64,000 nt of DNA from an uncultured Armatimonadetes bacterium (GCA_963716175.1 OY970296.1:416001-480000); one strand, 5' to 3'. Numbered from the stretch's first letter, positions 7,642 to 17,616 are shown. Notes: generated from the letters alone by a model not told the origin. A program made the numbers and translations.

Positions 7642-9926
7642 GCGCAGACGCACGGAGACGGCGTCTCCCGCTTCCGGCTCGCCTGCTCTTTGCCTGCCTG
7701 GTGATGGGCCTCACCGCCCTGATGGCCCAGGTCGTCCTGACCCGGGAGCTCCTCGGGCTCTTCTACGGCAACGAGCTCTCCATCGCCCTGGTGCTCGCCG
7801 TCTGGCTAGTCGCGGTGGCCGCCGGAAGCGCGGTCGGGGCTCGATTCGGGCAGCGCTTGCACACACCCGAGCGCGCCTTCGGATGGTCCCAGGCGGCGAT
7901 GGCCGGTCTGCTCCCTGTCTCTCTTGCCCTGGCGCGGCGAGTGCAGCCAGGCAGCCCAGCCCCGGGACAGGTGCTCGGCCCCGGAGCGATGTTGCTCGCC
8001 TCGCTCGAGACCCTGGCGCCGGTCTGCTTGCTGGCAGGAGTTCAGTTCGTGCTGGCGGCGCGCGCCGCAGCCGACCAGCGGAGAACCAGCGCCGCCTCCG
8101 CAGTCTCCGGTGTGGCGGCCGTCTATGCCCTCGAGGCCGCGGGGGCGGTGATCGGCGGGGTCGTCTTCCCGGTCTGGTTCGCCCAGCATGCGGGTCCGTT
8201 CTTCACGCTCTCAGCGCTCGGTCTGCTGAACCTGGCCTCAGCTGCTCTCCTGCTCCGGTCTTCTCTCTCGCGCGCCGGACTCCGCTCGCTGGCGCCGGTC
8301 TGCCTGCTCGCCGCCGCGCTGCTGGCGCTTGGAGCGACAGCCGGCCGGGTCGAGATGGCGACCCTGCGCGCCAGCCCCCGCTGGGCGAATCTGAACCCGG
8401 TCGCCGTTGCCTCCTCCCGTTACGGCGCACTCGTCGTCGCTCGGCAAGCAGGACAGGTGGCCTTTTTCCAGAGCGGTGTGCTGCTGTTCACCTCGCAGGA
8501 TGACTATGCCAACGAGGTGGCAGTGCATCTTCCCATGCTCGAGCACGCTGACCCGCGCCGGGTGCTGATCATCGGCGGCAACATCGCAGGCCTGGCAGGA
8601 GAGGCGCTCAAGCATCCGATCAGCCGGCTGGACTGCGTGGAGCTCGACCCGCGGGTGGTGCAGCTGGCGCGGCAGTGGCTCCCATCCCCATCGCTGCGCC
8701 CACTGCAGGATGCTCGCGTTCACCTTCACATCGGTGACGCCCGGCCCTTCGTCCGCGCTGCTGAGGGCAGATATGATGTCATCATCGTCAACCTGCCGGA
8801 CCCCACCACCGCGGCCCTCAATCGCTTCTACACCGCCGACTTCTTCCAGCAGGCGAAGCGGGCGCTGACTGCCAGCGGCCTCCTTGCCATCGGCCTCACC
8901 GGCTCCGAAGCGCAGCTTACCGGCGCGGTTCAGCTCGCGGCTGCCACCACTGACCACACGCTCGCCGCCGTCTGGCCCGACCGGGTGATCGTGCCGGGGG
9001 AGCGCATGCTGTTTCTCGCGGCAGCGCACCCAGATGCGCTGACCTCCGACTGGCGCGCCCTCTCCCAGCGCCTCGCCGGCCGCAGGCTCCAGACCAGCTT
9101 CGTCAACCAGGCCTGGCTTCAGGACGCGCTGCTTCCCCTCCATGCCGGACTCGCCCGCGCGGCCATCGCACAGGTGGGGGACCTGCGCCTCAACACCGAC
9201 CTGAACCCCGTCAGCTACTACCACCAGACCCGGATCTGGCTGGATCAGCTCTCGCCCGGCGTCTCGCGGTCGCTGCGCTGGCTCTCCCACCTCTCGGTGT
9301 GGTGGGCGCTGGCCTGGTTCGCGCTCGCCGCGCTGCTGGTGACTCTCACCCGCGGTCGAGTGCGGAAGGCCGCGGCCATTCTCTTCGCCACCGCGGCCAT
9401 CGGCGGGTTCGGGTTGATCACGGAGGTGCTCGCCCTGCTCGCCTTCCAGAGCGCCTGCGGTTACCTCTACCAGGCGCTGGCGATCTTGATGGCCGCCTTC
9501 ATGGCCGGTCTGGCGGCCGGCGCCGCCGTGTTGGGCAGGCACAGCGCTGACCGCGTCGCTTGCAGCCGCTTGCTGGCCATGATTCTGGCGGCGGCGGCTG
9601 GGCTCTGCCTCGCGCTGCCCTGGGTATTCCGCGCCCTTCTGCGCGCTCCTGGGCTGGCCGGGACAGGCCTCGGCCTGATCTTGATGCTCGCCGGGTTTCT
9701 GGTCGGAGCAGCCTTCCCCCTCCTCACTGCGCTCTACGGCCGCGAGCAGCAGGCCGCGAGAGCCGGTGGTGCGATCTACGCGGCCGACCTGATAGGATCC
9801 GCGGGCGCGGCGCTGGTGGCCGGGGTGGCCGCAGTCCCGCTGCTCGGCGTAGCCGGGGTCTCTTACGCCACCGCCATGTGGTTGGCCGCCGCGCTGGCGC
9901 TGATTGCCGTCTCCTTGCAGCGGTAA
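7638..9926 (+). CDS. Multi-TM membrane protein with central spermidine-synthase-like class I SAM-binding domain
   Basis: About 7 N-terminal and 6-7 C-terminal TM helices flanking HLPML..RVLIIGG, VELDP, GDAR, YDVIIVNLPDP, NRFYT, NTDLNP; TTG start overlaps upstream TGA. Confidence 0.85.
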   Translation: MSADARRRRLPLPARLLFACLVMGLTALMAQVVLTRELLGLFYGNELSIALVLAVWLVAVAAGSAVGARFGQRLHTPERAFGWSQAAMAGLLPVSLALARRVQPGSPAPGQVLGPGAMLLASLETLAPVCLLAGVQFVLAARAAADQRRTSAASAVSGVAAVYALEAAGAVIGGVVFPVWFAQHAGPFFTLSALGLLNLASAALLLRSSLSRAGLRSLAPVCLLAAALLALGATAGRVEMATLRASPRWANLNPVAVASSRYGALVVARQAGQVAFFQSGVLLFTSQDDYANEVAVHLPMLEHADPRRVLIIGGNIAGLAGEALKHPISRLDCVELDPRVVQLARQWLPSPSLRPLQDARVHLHIGDARPFVRAAEGRYDVIIVNLPDPTTAALNRFYTADFFQQAKRALTASGLLAIGLTGSEAQLTGAVQLAAATTDHTLAAVWPDRVIVPGERMLFLAAAHPDALTSDWRALSQRLAGRRLQTSFVNQAWLQDALLPLHAGLARAAIAQVGDLRLNTDLNPVSYYHQTRIWLDQLSPGVSRSLRWLSHLSVWWALAWFALAALLVTLTRGRVRKAAAILFATAAIGGFGLITEVLALLAFQSACGYLYQALAILMAAFMAGLAAGAAVLGRHSADRVACSRLLAMILAAAAGLCLALPWVFRALLRAPGLAGTGLGLILMLAGFLVGAAFPLLTALYGREQQAARAGGAIYAADLIGSAGAALVAGVAAVPLLGVAGVSYATAMWLAAALALIAVSLQR

Positions 9927-10168
9927 GTGCCCTCGTCGCCGTTCGACAGACCGCGTGGGGTGTCATCGTTCCGTCCGGGTCCGCCGCGTATGCCTCTGCT
10001 GCCATGCCGCCCCGGAAACGGCCGCCCGAGTAGTGGCGCGGGTTTGTCGGGAACGAAGCGAGCGACAACCTGCGTAAGAGGCGGCCAGAGGAGGAGCTGA
10101 CGCGCTGACGAACTCATGCTGCCGGAGCGATGTTGCTACGGACAGACCGAGGTGATGAGGAGTGAGAG

Positions 10169-11297
10169 ATGCGAAAGCTGCGAGCAATCCAGGTTGGAGT
10201 CGCGGGCATCGGGAGCGAGCATCTGCGGTCGCTGCTGGCCAACGACAAGTTTGAGCTGGTCGCGGTGTGCGACGCTTACCCGCGACGGCCGGATGTGAAG
10301 GAAGGGCTGGCGAAAGCGAGGCAGGTGGGGATCCCGACGTTCTCCGACTACCGGAAGGCGTTGGGGGAGATGGAGGCCGACGTCGCCATCATCTGCACCC
10401 CGCACCATTGGCACGCGCCCATGACCGTCGCGGCGCTGAAGCGAGGCCTACACGTCTTCGTAGAGAAGCCGCCGGCCTCGGCGCCCTCGGACGCGCGGGC
10501 GATGCTGGCGGCTCAGAAGCGGGCCCGCAAAGTGGTGGCGGTGGGCTTCGGCCCCACCGCGAGTGCTGGATGCATCGGGCTCAAGCAGCATATCGCGGGG
10601 CGACTTGGGGGAGATTCGCGAGGTAGTCGTCGTCCTGAACTGGTATCGGGAAGACTCCTACTACCGCCGCGCCGCCTGGGTGGGGAGGAAACGGGTGGAC
10701 GGGAAGTGGTGCCGGGACGGCGTGATCTTCAACCAGGGCAGCCACTCGGTGGCAGCCGCGCTGCTGCTGGCCAACACGCACCCCTGGCCGGAGATGTCAG
10801 TGGGACGGCGGGCGCATGCCGAGCTGTACCGCGGGCATCCGGTGAAGCGATTGGAGATGGAAGATCTGGCCTGCGCGGTGGTGGAGCTGGGCGGGCACGC
10901 CGGCGCGCGGCTCTACCTGTACGCCACCACCTGCAATCCGGCCGGGAACAGCGTCACGTGGGTGAAGGTGTTCGGAGACAAGGGGCAGGCGACGCTGGGC
11001 ACCGGACGGATCGAGCTGCACAATGGTCGTTCGCTGGCGGTGACGCCCGCGAAGGGCGTGGTGAGCAAGCACGACAACCTCTACCAGGCGATCACTCAGG
11101 GCGCCGCACCCTATGCCTCGCTGGCGCAGTCAGTGAAGGTGACAGAAACCATAGACGCCATCTACCGGGGCGCGCGCCACCGCATTCAGCCAGTGCCGTG
11201 GAAGGAGCTGGGCCAACTGCCGGAGGTGATCGCCCGGGCGGCGGCCCAGAGATGCTTGTTCAGTCAGGTGACGGACGCTCCTTCGTGGGCGGGCTGA
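10169..11297 (+). CDS. Gfo/Idh/MocA family oxidoreductase, frameshifted near 10595 (error or pseudogene)
   Basis: N-terminal half (GVAGIG, ICTPHHWH, HVFVEKP) in ORF 10169; C-terminal half (GDLGEI, DGVIFNQGSH, EMED) in ORF 10563..11297. Confidence 0.8.
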
Positions 11298-11304
11298 AGG
11301 CGGC

Positions 11305-12276
11305 ATGGGCAAGAAGGATGACCTGAGGTCAGCGCTCCAGTGCCGGCAGCCGCAGGGAGCGGTGCCCATCTGGGAGCTCGAGTTTCATCTCTGGGAGGCG
11401 GCCTCAGGCCAGCACGTAGTGCTGGGGCACGAGTTCGCGGGGCTTACCGCGGCGGAGCGGGAGCGGGCGCTGCGCAGCAATGCTGAGCTGATCCTGTCCG
11501 TCTGCGCGGAGCTGGGTTTCGCCGGGCTGACCCCACCCGGTGGGTTCTGGCAAATCGCTCCCGGCCAACTGGCTTACTGGGTGCTGCCAGAAGAAGCGCG
11601 CTGGGAGCAGATCCGCATCCTGAGAAAGCTGGCTCCGCCGGACCTGATGCTGATCAGCGGCGCCGGCGGGGTGCTGACCCCGCCCTCGCAGGGGTACGAG
11701 CAGTTCGCCTACCAGTTGTACGACGCGCCAGACGCGGTAGAGGAGATGGCGCGGGAGGCCCGGGATGCCGGGATCGAGACCGCGAAGCGCCTCCGGGACC
11801 TCGGAGTGGAGGCGGTCTACTGCGCCGCCGACATCGCGGACAACCACGGTCCCTACTTCACTCCGTCGCAGATGGACAGGTTCGTCCTCCCCTACCTCCA
11901 CACGTGGGCTGAAGGAGTGAAGGCCTTGGGCCTCTATGCCATCCTGCACAGCGACGGCGATCTGATGCCGGTGATTGACGATCTGGCCGCCAGCGGCCTG
12001 AGCGCGCTGCAAGCAGTTGACCCGATCGCTGGCATGGATATCGTGGAGGTCAAGCAGAGAGTGAGAGATCGCCTCTGCCTGTGCGGGAACATTGACTGCG
12101 GCTTGCTGCATCTGGGCCCCGCAGACAGGATATACGAGACCACGCGCGACACGCTGGCGGCCTGCAAGCCGGGGGGCGGATTCGTGCTGGGCGCGAGCAA
12201 CGCGGTCTTCCGCGAGACTCCCATCGAGCACTACCGCGAGATGGTTCGCGCGTGGCGCGACCACGGGCGTTACTGA
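11305..12276 (+). CDS. Uroporphyrinogen decarboxylase (URO-D/MtaA-like) family protein
   Basis: ILHSDG, LCLCGNID, GGGFVLGASN, TPIEHY...W motifs. Confidence 0.85.
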   Translation: MGKKDDLRSALQCRQPQGAVPIWELEFHLWEAASGQHVVLGHEFAGLTAAERERALRSNAELILSVCAELGFAGLTPPGGFWQIAPGQLAYWVLPEEARWEQIRILRKLAPPDLMLISGAGGVLTPPSQGYEQFAYQLYDAPDAVEEMAREARDAGIETAKRLRDLGVEAVYCAADIADNHGPYFTPSQMDRFVLPYLHTWAEGVKALGLYAILHSDGDLMPVIDDLAASGLSALQAVDPIAGMDIVEVKQRVRDRLCLCGNIDCGLLHLGPADRIYETTRDTLAACKPGGGFVLGASNAVFRETPIEHYREMVRAWRDHGRY

Positions 12277-12286
12277 CCGCGGAACG

Positions 12287-15200
12287 CTACGGCTTCTCAG
12301 GTATCTCGCTCTCCTTCACCCCCCTCACGGCCAGCGCCCGCAGCACCAGCGGCGTCGGGCTCCAGTTGAACCCGGCGCCGGATGTTTGCACCGTGCGCAC
12401 GGGGCGGGCCCCGGCCTCCTCGCTGGCCTCGTCCCAGACCCCGGTCCAGTATCTCCGATCCCGGGGATAGACCCCAAGATGGAACCGTCTCTGAGCCAGA
12501 TTCGCCAGCAGCCGATCGGCGAATCTTCTTTCCCCGGTCTTGTCGAGGGCATAGGCGAGCAGCAGAAAGTAGCTGTTCACTTGCGGCTCGGTCTCGGCGC
12601 AGTAGATGGCGTGCCGGTAGAGCATGTCCCACAGCCGGTCATCTCCTGTGAGGTACTCCAACTCGATCATGGCGTGGATGGCGCCGAAGCCGTGGAGGAA
12701 CATGAGCCCATGGGTGTCCTCCGGCGGTATTGAGTCGCTGAGGCGGCGGCCGGTCGCCGCCTCGATGGCGAACCCGTGATGAGGCAAGTAGCCATTGGGC
12801 GCGATGTACTCGCCGTACGCATGGCAGACTGCCAGCGCTCGCTCCCGCCACACCGCATCACCGGTCATCTCCCACCTGACCAGGAATCCGTAGAGCACGG
12901 CTCCGAGGTCGGCCGACTGACCGAGACGGTAATGGAGATAGCGCTCCTCCACCACCGCTTCCATGATGTCTCGACTCCGCAGGTCACCGGTCAGGTAGTA
13001 GTAGAAGCGATTGGGCGTCGGCTGGCTGATGCGGATCTCGAAGTCCCCGTCACCCCAGTGGTTGACGTTATGCCGGGTGTGCCCGTAGTACCGGTACGGC
13101 CCCCAGTGGAAGATGTCCACATCCTGGTTGTGGCGCGCGCTGATGGCGCCAGCGTCGAAGTAGGGCCGGTATCCGGTGTGAAAGAAGGTCATGAAACAGC
13201 CCAGGGCATCCTGGCCCTCGGTGTTGCTCCATCCCCAGCGACCGATGTCGTAGCACCAGCCATCGCGCAGCAGATAGGGGCCATCATCGTGGTACTGGAT
13301 CGGAGGCCGCCAGGTGTGGCCGATGTCGCCGTAGTCAACCAGCCCGTACCAGGAGAACCGCTGGCGGTTGAAGATGAACCAGTCGCAGATGTCGGTGAGG
13401 GTCCGCTCCAGCTTCGGGTAGGACTCATTGTAGGCCGAGAACCGTCCCGCCACGCCGACCTCCGCGTAGTGGCTGGGGTGGCAGAGCGCGATGGGCCTCT
13501 CCTGGAATCCCCTTGCCAGCGCTTTCGCCTCCTCGCATCTCAATGATCCTACGTGGAAGGCGAAGACGGCGGTGCTCGTCTTCGCCAGGCCGGTGGCGTA
13601 GCCGACGTTGCGCGCCTCGCCCTGGTAGGGCCAGGGGTGGGTGGTCTCGCCGACCTGGGGATACATCCATGGGGAATAGCGCCTGAGATCCAGCGGTGGG
13701 GCCTCCGGTGGCCAGAACCAGGCCGTGACCCGCTTCCCATCTGCGTCCAATGAGATCCCCTTGGCGAACTCCTGCCAGAAATCCTGGACGGCCACAGTCA
13801 GGCCCCACTCCCGGTTGGAGATGTCGGCCCAGCCGGCCGAGCGCTCGCCTTCCCACATCTCCTGGGCCGGCCCCCCAGAGGCCGGGCACCCCCAGACCAC
13901 TGCTCTGCTCAGGCTCTCCTGCAACACCTCGCCCGAAGAGATGCCGTCGCCCAGACGTATGGGAGCAGCGTCTCCGGCGAACGCGCACTCCGGCGTCTCC
14001 TCCATGCGAAGAGGCAAGCTCAGCCCGGCGGCCTTGAGAAACTCGCCCTGCGGATCGAGGGCGTAGGTGAAGGTGTGCTGCGCTCTGATCCAGGGCTTGC
14101 CCGCAAAGGCTTCCAGGCGAAGCGTGAACGGCGACTCCCTGCGATTGCAGTACTTGCCGCGGACCAGCACCACCGCACGCAGCGGCCCGCTGCGCTCGAT
14201 CCTGAGTTCCTCGATGCACACTTCGGATTCATCCAGGGTGCCGCGGATGTCGTGATCCCCCGTGACATAGCTGTCACTGCGCACGAAGTCGAGCATGCTC
14301 CTCCGCCCGCCCTCCTGTCCGACCACCAGCTCGTGGTCTTCGAAGCGGCCGTTCTGGTCGAAGTCAAGCCAGGCGCGATCTATGAACCCGGAGCCGTCGC
14401 GATCCACCTCGAAAGCCAGGGGACCGGTCTCCACTCTGATCCCACTCGCGGTCTCATATGCTGTGACGCAGACAGCGGACCGGGGAGACGGCAGGCCCTT
14501 CCTCAAGCAGAAGACCGCGCCAGTGCCAGAAGGCAGATCCACTTGCGCATCCAGCAGCGCCCACTTCACGCTGTGGTCGGGCCAGTAGGCCAGCGCTTCC
14601 GCCTGGCACGGGACTGGCTGCTGATCCGGCCCCAGCAGGCAGAGATCGGTCACCGCAGTGGCCTCCCCTTGATGCAGCGGCACGCCAATGGTGACCGGCC
14701 AGGCCGTGCGTGGCAGGCCCGCGGGCTCGTCTATGCGAAAGATGGCGCCTCCTCCCCTCTCCGTTGCCGCCGGCAGGTCCTCCGGCTTGGTGAACATCAC
14801 CTGCTGTGGGTCGGGCTCGACCTCCTCTGTGACCCCCGCCGGGATGCTCAACTCGTCGAGCGCCTGGGCCATGCTGTCTTCCCACTGCCCGGAATTCGGC
14901 GCCAGAAAGAAGGTATAGGGTTCGCTCAATCGCGCCCCGTCCGCTCCCCGCGGGTCGAGCCGGTGAGCCTGCCGGGGCCAGAACCGGAGCTGGACGGAGC
15001 CCGATAGGTCGCCGGTATCGAGGTCAGCAGCTAGGGACGCGGGCGCATGTTGGGCCATCTCGGCAATCCCGTATCCCAGGCCCCAGGAGCGATCCTCAAT
15101 GTGCATCCACCCCCGCGACCTGGCCCCTCGCCAATGGGTCAGGTTACCAGCGTCCTTGGCGACGGCCTTCCAAAGGCAGCAATCGCGGCGGCCGCTCTGG

Positions 15201-15877
15201 ACCAGGGTCACGAGGTTGAACTCGGGCCAGGGCACCTCGGCGTTCTGTCGGAACCCATACCTGTCGGGCTGGGAAGTGTACCCCTTGATCCCCTGCCACC
15301 ACCTGATCACTTCCGCCGGCAGCTCCCAGATGCGCTTGTCCACTGCGGCGTGAATGGCGCGCCTCCGGAAGCCTTCCCGGCTGCGATAGTGAAAACGCAG
15401 GTCCAGGCCCAGGGCCAGCACCTGGCTGGGCCTGGGTTCCTTGCGCCCCTCCAGAAGCTGGAACACCCCACGCACGACTCCGTCGTCCGTGATCTCCCAC
15501 TCCAGCCGGTAGGGCCAAACCCCGGCCCAGAAGAACCGGCCCAGCACCACCAGCCGCGACCGGCCCTCTTGCTGCACGGAATCGGTCACCGTGCTCAGGC
15601 GATATGGCTCCCCCTGGTACCATGATTCCCGCGCAGCGGGTGCTCTGCCCGCGATCCATTCCGCAGCCGGGATGGTAGGCGCTCTGCCGGGGATCTCCAG
15701 CGCCTCGAGCACGAGCCCCTGACCCGGGCCGGTATCGAGCATCTTCTCGTCTTCCGAGAAGACGCCATCCCCATTGAGGTCGTACCACAATGCGGCTGGA
15801 ACCCCACCGCGCTCCGGGTCGATCCTCAGCTTGAGCCGGCCGGCCGAGATCTCGGGGGCCGTGAGGCTGTCTGTCAT
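12287..15877 (-). CDS. Large PL26/YetA (exo-rhamnogalacturonan lyase)-like protein with duplicated N-terminal domain
   Basis: PVTIGVPL..GE, LAYWPDHSVKW, VQDFWQEF, FWPPEAPPLDLRRY, WYGLVDYGD, WGWSNTE, RHNQDVD, HTRHNVNHWGD; AGGAG RBS before ATG 15877. Confidence 0.7.
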   Translation of the reverse strand: MTDSLTAPEISAGRLKLRIDPERGGVPAALWYDLNGDGVFSEDEKMLDTGPGQGLVLEALEIPGRAPTIPAAEWIAGRAPAARESWYQGEPYRLSTVTDSVQQEGRSRLVVLGRFFWAGVWPYRLEWEITDDGVVRGVFQLLEGRKEPRPSQVLALGLDLRFHYRSREGFRRRAIHAAVDKRIWELPAEVIRWWQGIKGYTSQPDRYGFRQNAEVPWPEFNLVTLVQSGRRDCCLWKAVAKDAGNLTHWRGARSRGWMHIEDRSWGLGYGIAEMAQHAPASLAADLDTGDLSGSVQLRFWPRQAHRLDPRGADGARLSEPYTFFLAPNSGQWEDSMAQALDELSIPAGVTEEVEPDPQQVMFTKPEDLPAATERGGGAIFRIDEPAGLPRTAWPVTIGVPLHQGEATAVTDLCLLGPDQQPVPCQAEALAYWPDHSVKWALLDAQVDLPSGTGAVFCLRKGLPSPRSAVCVTAYETASGIRVETGPLAFEVDRDGSGFIDRAWLDFDQNGRFEDHELVVGQEGGRRSMLDFVRSDSYVTGDHDIRGTLDESEVCIEELRIERSGPLRAVVLVRGKYCNRRESPFTLRLEAFAGKPWIRAQHTFTYALDPQGEFLKAAGLSLPLRMEETPECAFAGDAAPIRLGDGISSGEVLQESLSRAVVWGCPASGGPAQEMWEGERSAGWADISNREWGLTVAVQDFWQEFAKGISLDADGKRVTAWFWPPEAPPLDLRRYSPWMYPQVGETTHPWPYQGEARNVGYATGLAKTSTAVFAFHVGSLRCEEAKALARGFQERPIALCHPSHYAEVGVAGRFSAYNESYPKLERTLTDICDWFIFNRQRFSWYGLVDYGDIGHTWRPPIQYHDDGPYLLRDGWCYDIGRWGWSNTEGQDALGCFMTFFHTGYRPYFDAGAISARHNQDVDIFHWGPYRYYGHTRHNVNHWGDGDFEIRISQPTPNRFYYYLTGDLRSRDIMEAVVEERYLHYRLGQSADLGAVLYGFLVRWEMTGDAVWRERALAVCHAYGEYIAPNGYLPHHGFAIEAATGRRLSDSIPPEDTHGLMFLHGFGAIHAMIELEYLTGDDRLWDMLYRHAIYCAETEPQVNSYFLLLAYALDKTGERRFADRLLANLAQRRFHLGVYPRDRRYWTGVWDEASEEAGARPVRTVQTSGAGFNWSPTPLVLRALAVRGVKESEIPEKP

Positions 15878-15909
15878 GCGATCGCTCCTGTCAAAGCCGC
15901 ACCAGGTCG

Positions 15910-16218
15910 CTATCCCCACCCGGGATCATCCGGGAACACGTTCGTGTACTTGACGCTGGTGCGGGGCTGGGCCATCATCTCCGCCACTGTGTCCCGCCAG
16001 ACCTGGTAGTGTGCGGTTTCCTTGTGCCGGTCGGCATCCTGGGGGGCGCGGTAGACCTCGACGAGAAGGAAGCGCGCGGGGTCATCTAGCTGCTGCAGCA
16101 CGTCGAACCGCGCCACGCCCGGCTCCGCGATGCTGTGGCGGGCGTTCTCGAGGGTGGCCTGGCGGAACTGCTCCGCAGATTCCGGCCTCACCAGGACATG
16201 CACTTGCACGATGAACAT
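15910..16218 (-). CDS. Antibiotic biosynthesis monooxygenase / LsrG-like protein
   Basis: [32 protein letters not shown]; GGAGG RBS. Confidence 0.88.
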   Translation of the reverse strand: MFIVQVHVLVRPESAEQFRQATLENARHSIAEPGVARFDVLQQLDDPARFLLVEVYRAPQDADRHKETAHYQVWRDTVAEMMAQPRTSVKYTNVFPDDPGWG

Positions 16219-16404
16219 GCTGCCCCTCCTCCGCGATGTGCGTTCACTGCGCTCCTGCACTGGACTGTGATTCCAGCCTCCCGCCGCCACTTCCTGTGAG
16301 CGACAGCCCGGGCGGCCGCAGGCATTCCACCCCCCGCGCCGAAGAGTGTCCCCGGCCTCGCAACGGCCCCAGAAGGCCGAAACCAGACAACCGGAGGGAG
16401 TTCC

Positions 16405-17160
16405 ATGAGCAAACCGCGCGTGGGTGTCCAGCTCATCGTCTACGGAGAGCGGGCGGAGAGCGATCTGCCCGGCGTGCTGTCCGAAGTGGCGGCCGCCGGA
16501 TATGCCGGCTTCGAGGGCGGACTGCCGGCCGACCAGAAAGAGGTCCAGCAGGTGCAAGCCGCGCTGGCGAAGACCGGCCTTGCCTTCACCGGTGGGCATG
16601 CCAGTCTGGAGCAGTTGGAAGACCTGGCCGGGCTGAAAGCGCGCCTCGGCCACATCAAAGCCCTCGGCGGCCGCTATCTGATCTCCTCAGGTGGCGGAGA
16701 GACCCTGGACGACTACCTGCGGGCGGCGAAGACCCTCAACCAGGCCGGGCAGCTCTGCCAGGCGGAGGGGATGACGCTCTGCTACCACAACCACCACTGG
16801 GAGTTCGCCAAGTTCGGCGCCACCCCCGCCATTCACACCATGATCTCTGCCACCGACCCGAAGCTGGTGAAGCTCTGCCCTGACGTCTACTGGGTGCACG
16901 TGGGGGGAGAGAAGCCGGCCGAGTTCGCCGCCCGCTACCAGGATCGCTGCCCCTACTTCCACTTCAAGGACGGGTTGGGCGGGGACCAGGACCGCGACTT
17001 CCGCGAGCTGGGCCGGGGAAAGGTTGACCTGCCGGCGGCCTTGCAGGCGGCGCTGGCCTGCAACCCGGACTGGATCGTGGTCGAGCAGGACACCACCCAG
17101 CTCACCCCGGCCGAGTCCTGCCGCATCAGCCGGGAATACCTGAGAAGCCTCGGCCTGTAG
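16405..17160 (+). CDS. Sugar phosphate isomerase/epimerase (xylose isomerase-like TIM barrel)
   Basis: [27 protein letters not shown] motifs. Confidence 0.9.
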   Translation: MSKPRVGVQLIVYGERAESDLPGVLSEVAAAGYAGFEGGLPADQKEVQQVQAALAKTGLAFTGGHASLEQLEDLAGLKARLGHIKALGGRYLISSGGGETLDDYLRAAKTLNQAGQLCQAEGMTLCYHNHHWEFAKFGATPAIHTMISATDPKLVKLCPDVYWVHVGGEKPAEFAARYQDRCPYFHFKDGLGGDQDRDFRELGRGKVDLPAALQAALACNPDWIVVEQDTTQLTPAESCRISREYLRSLGL

Positions 17161-17207
17161 GGGCGCAGTTCACTGCGCCCTCGGGCGTGATGAATCACGC
17201 CCCTACA
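17156..17207. repeat. Inverted pair of GTAG-type REP palindromes (REPIN-like)
   Basis: tGTAGgggcgcagttcactgcgccc followed by gggcgtgatgaatcacgcccCTACa. Confidence 0.7.
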
Positions 17208-17259
17208 TGCCACCTTGGGCAGGAGCCCGCCCGGGGCGGATGAACTCGCCTCCTGCCCA

Positions 17260-17268
17260 TGCTATAAT
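17260..17268 (+). promoter_or_regulatory. Extended -10 promoter (TGcTATAAT), probably leaderless transcript
   Basis: TATAAT ends 6 nt before ATG 17275; no Shine-Dalgarno in between. Confidence 0.65.
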
Positions 17269-17274
17269 CCCACC

Positions 17275-17616
17275 ATGCGCATCCCCCCGCAGGAGTTCGA
17301 GCGGCTGGTGGCCCAGGCGATCGAGTCGCTGCCGGCCGAGTTCCGCGAGAAGCTGGAGAACGTCGAGGTGATCATCGAGCAGCGATATCCGCCGGGGACG
17401 CCGCTGCTTGGCCTCTACTACGGGGTCCCGCTCACCCAGCGCTCGGTCTGGGCGGCCCACCTCCTCCCCGACCGCATCACCATCTTCCAGGGCCCGATCG
17501 AGTCCATCTGCCGCACCCGCGAGGAGATCGTCGCCCAGGTCCGCCGCGTCGTCCTCCACGAGATCGCCCACCACTTCGGCATCTCGGATCAGAGGCTGAG
17601 GGAATTGGGGTGTTAA
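17275..17616 (+). CDS. Zincin-like metallopeptidase family protein (DUF1025-like)
   Basis: LLGLYYGVPL, PDRITIF, VVLHEIAHHFGISD (HExxH). Confidence 0.9.
   Translation: MRIPPQEFERLVAQAIESLPAEFREKLENVEVIIEQRYPPGTPLLGLYYGVPLTQRSVWAAHLLPDRITIFQGPIESICRTREEIVAQVRRVVLHEIAHHFGISDQRLRELGC

Noticed and set aside
9927-10168. Short minus-strand ORFs or possible structured RNA in the intergenic gap
   Set aside because: No motif, RBS or recognisable riboswitch consensus supports a call
11305-12276. Assignment as hemE
   Set aside because: Lacks the N-terminal RQAGR motif of true uroporphyrinogen decarboxylases; no tetrapyrrole context
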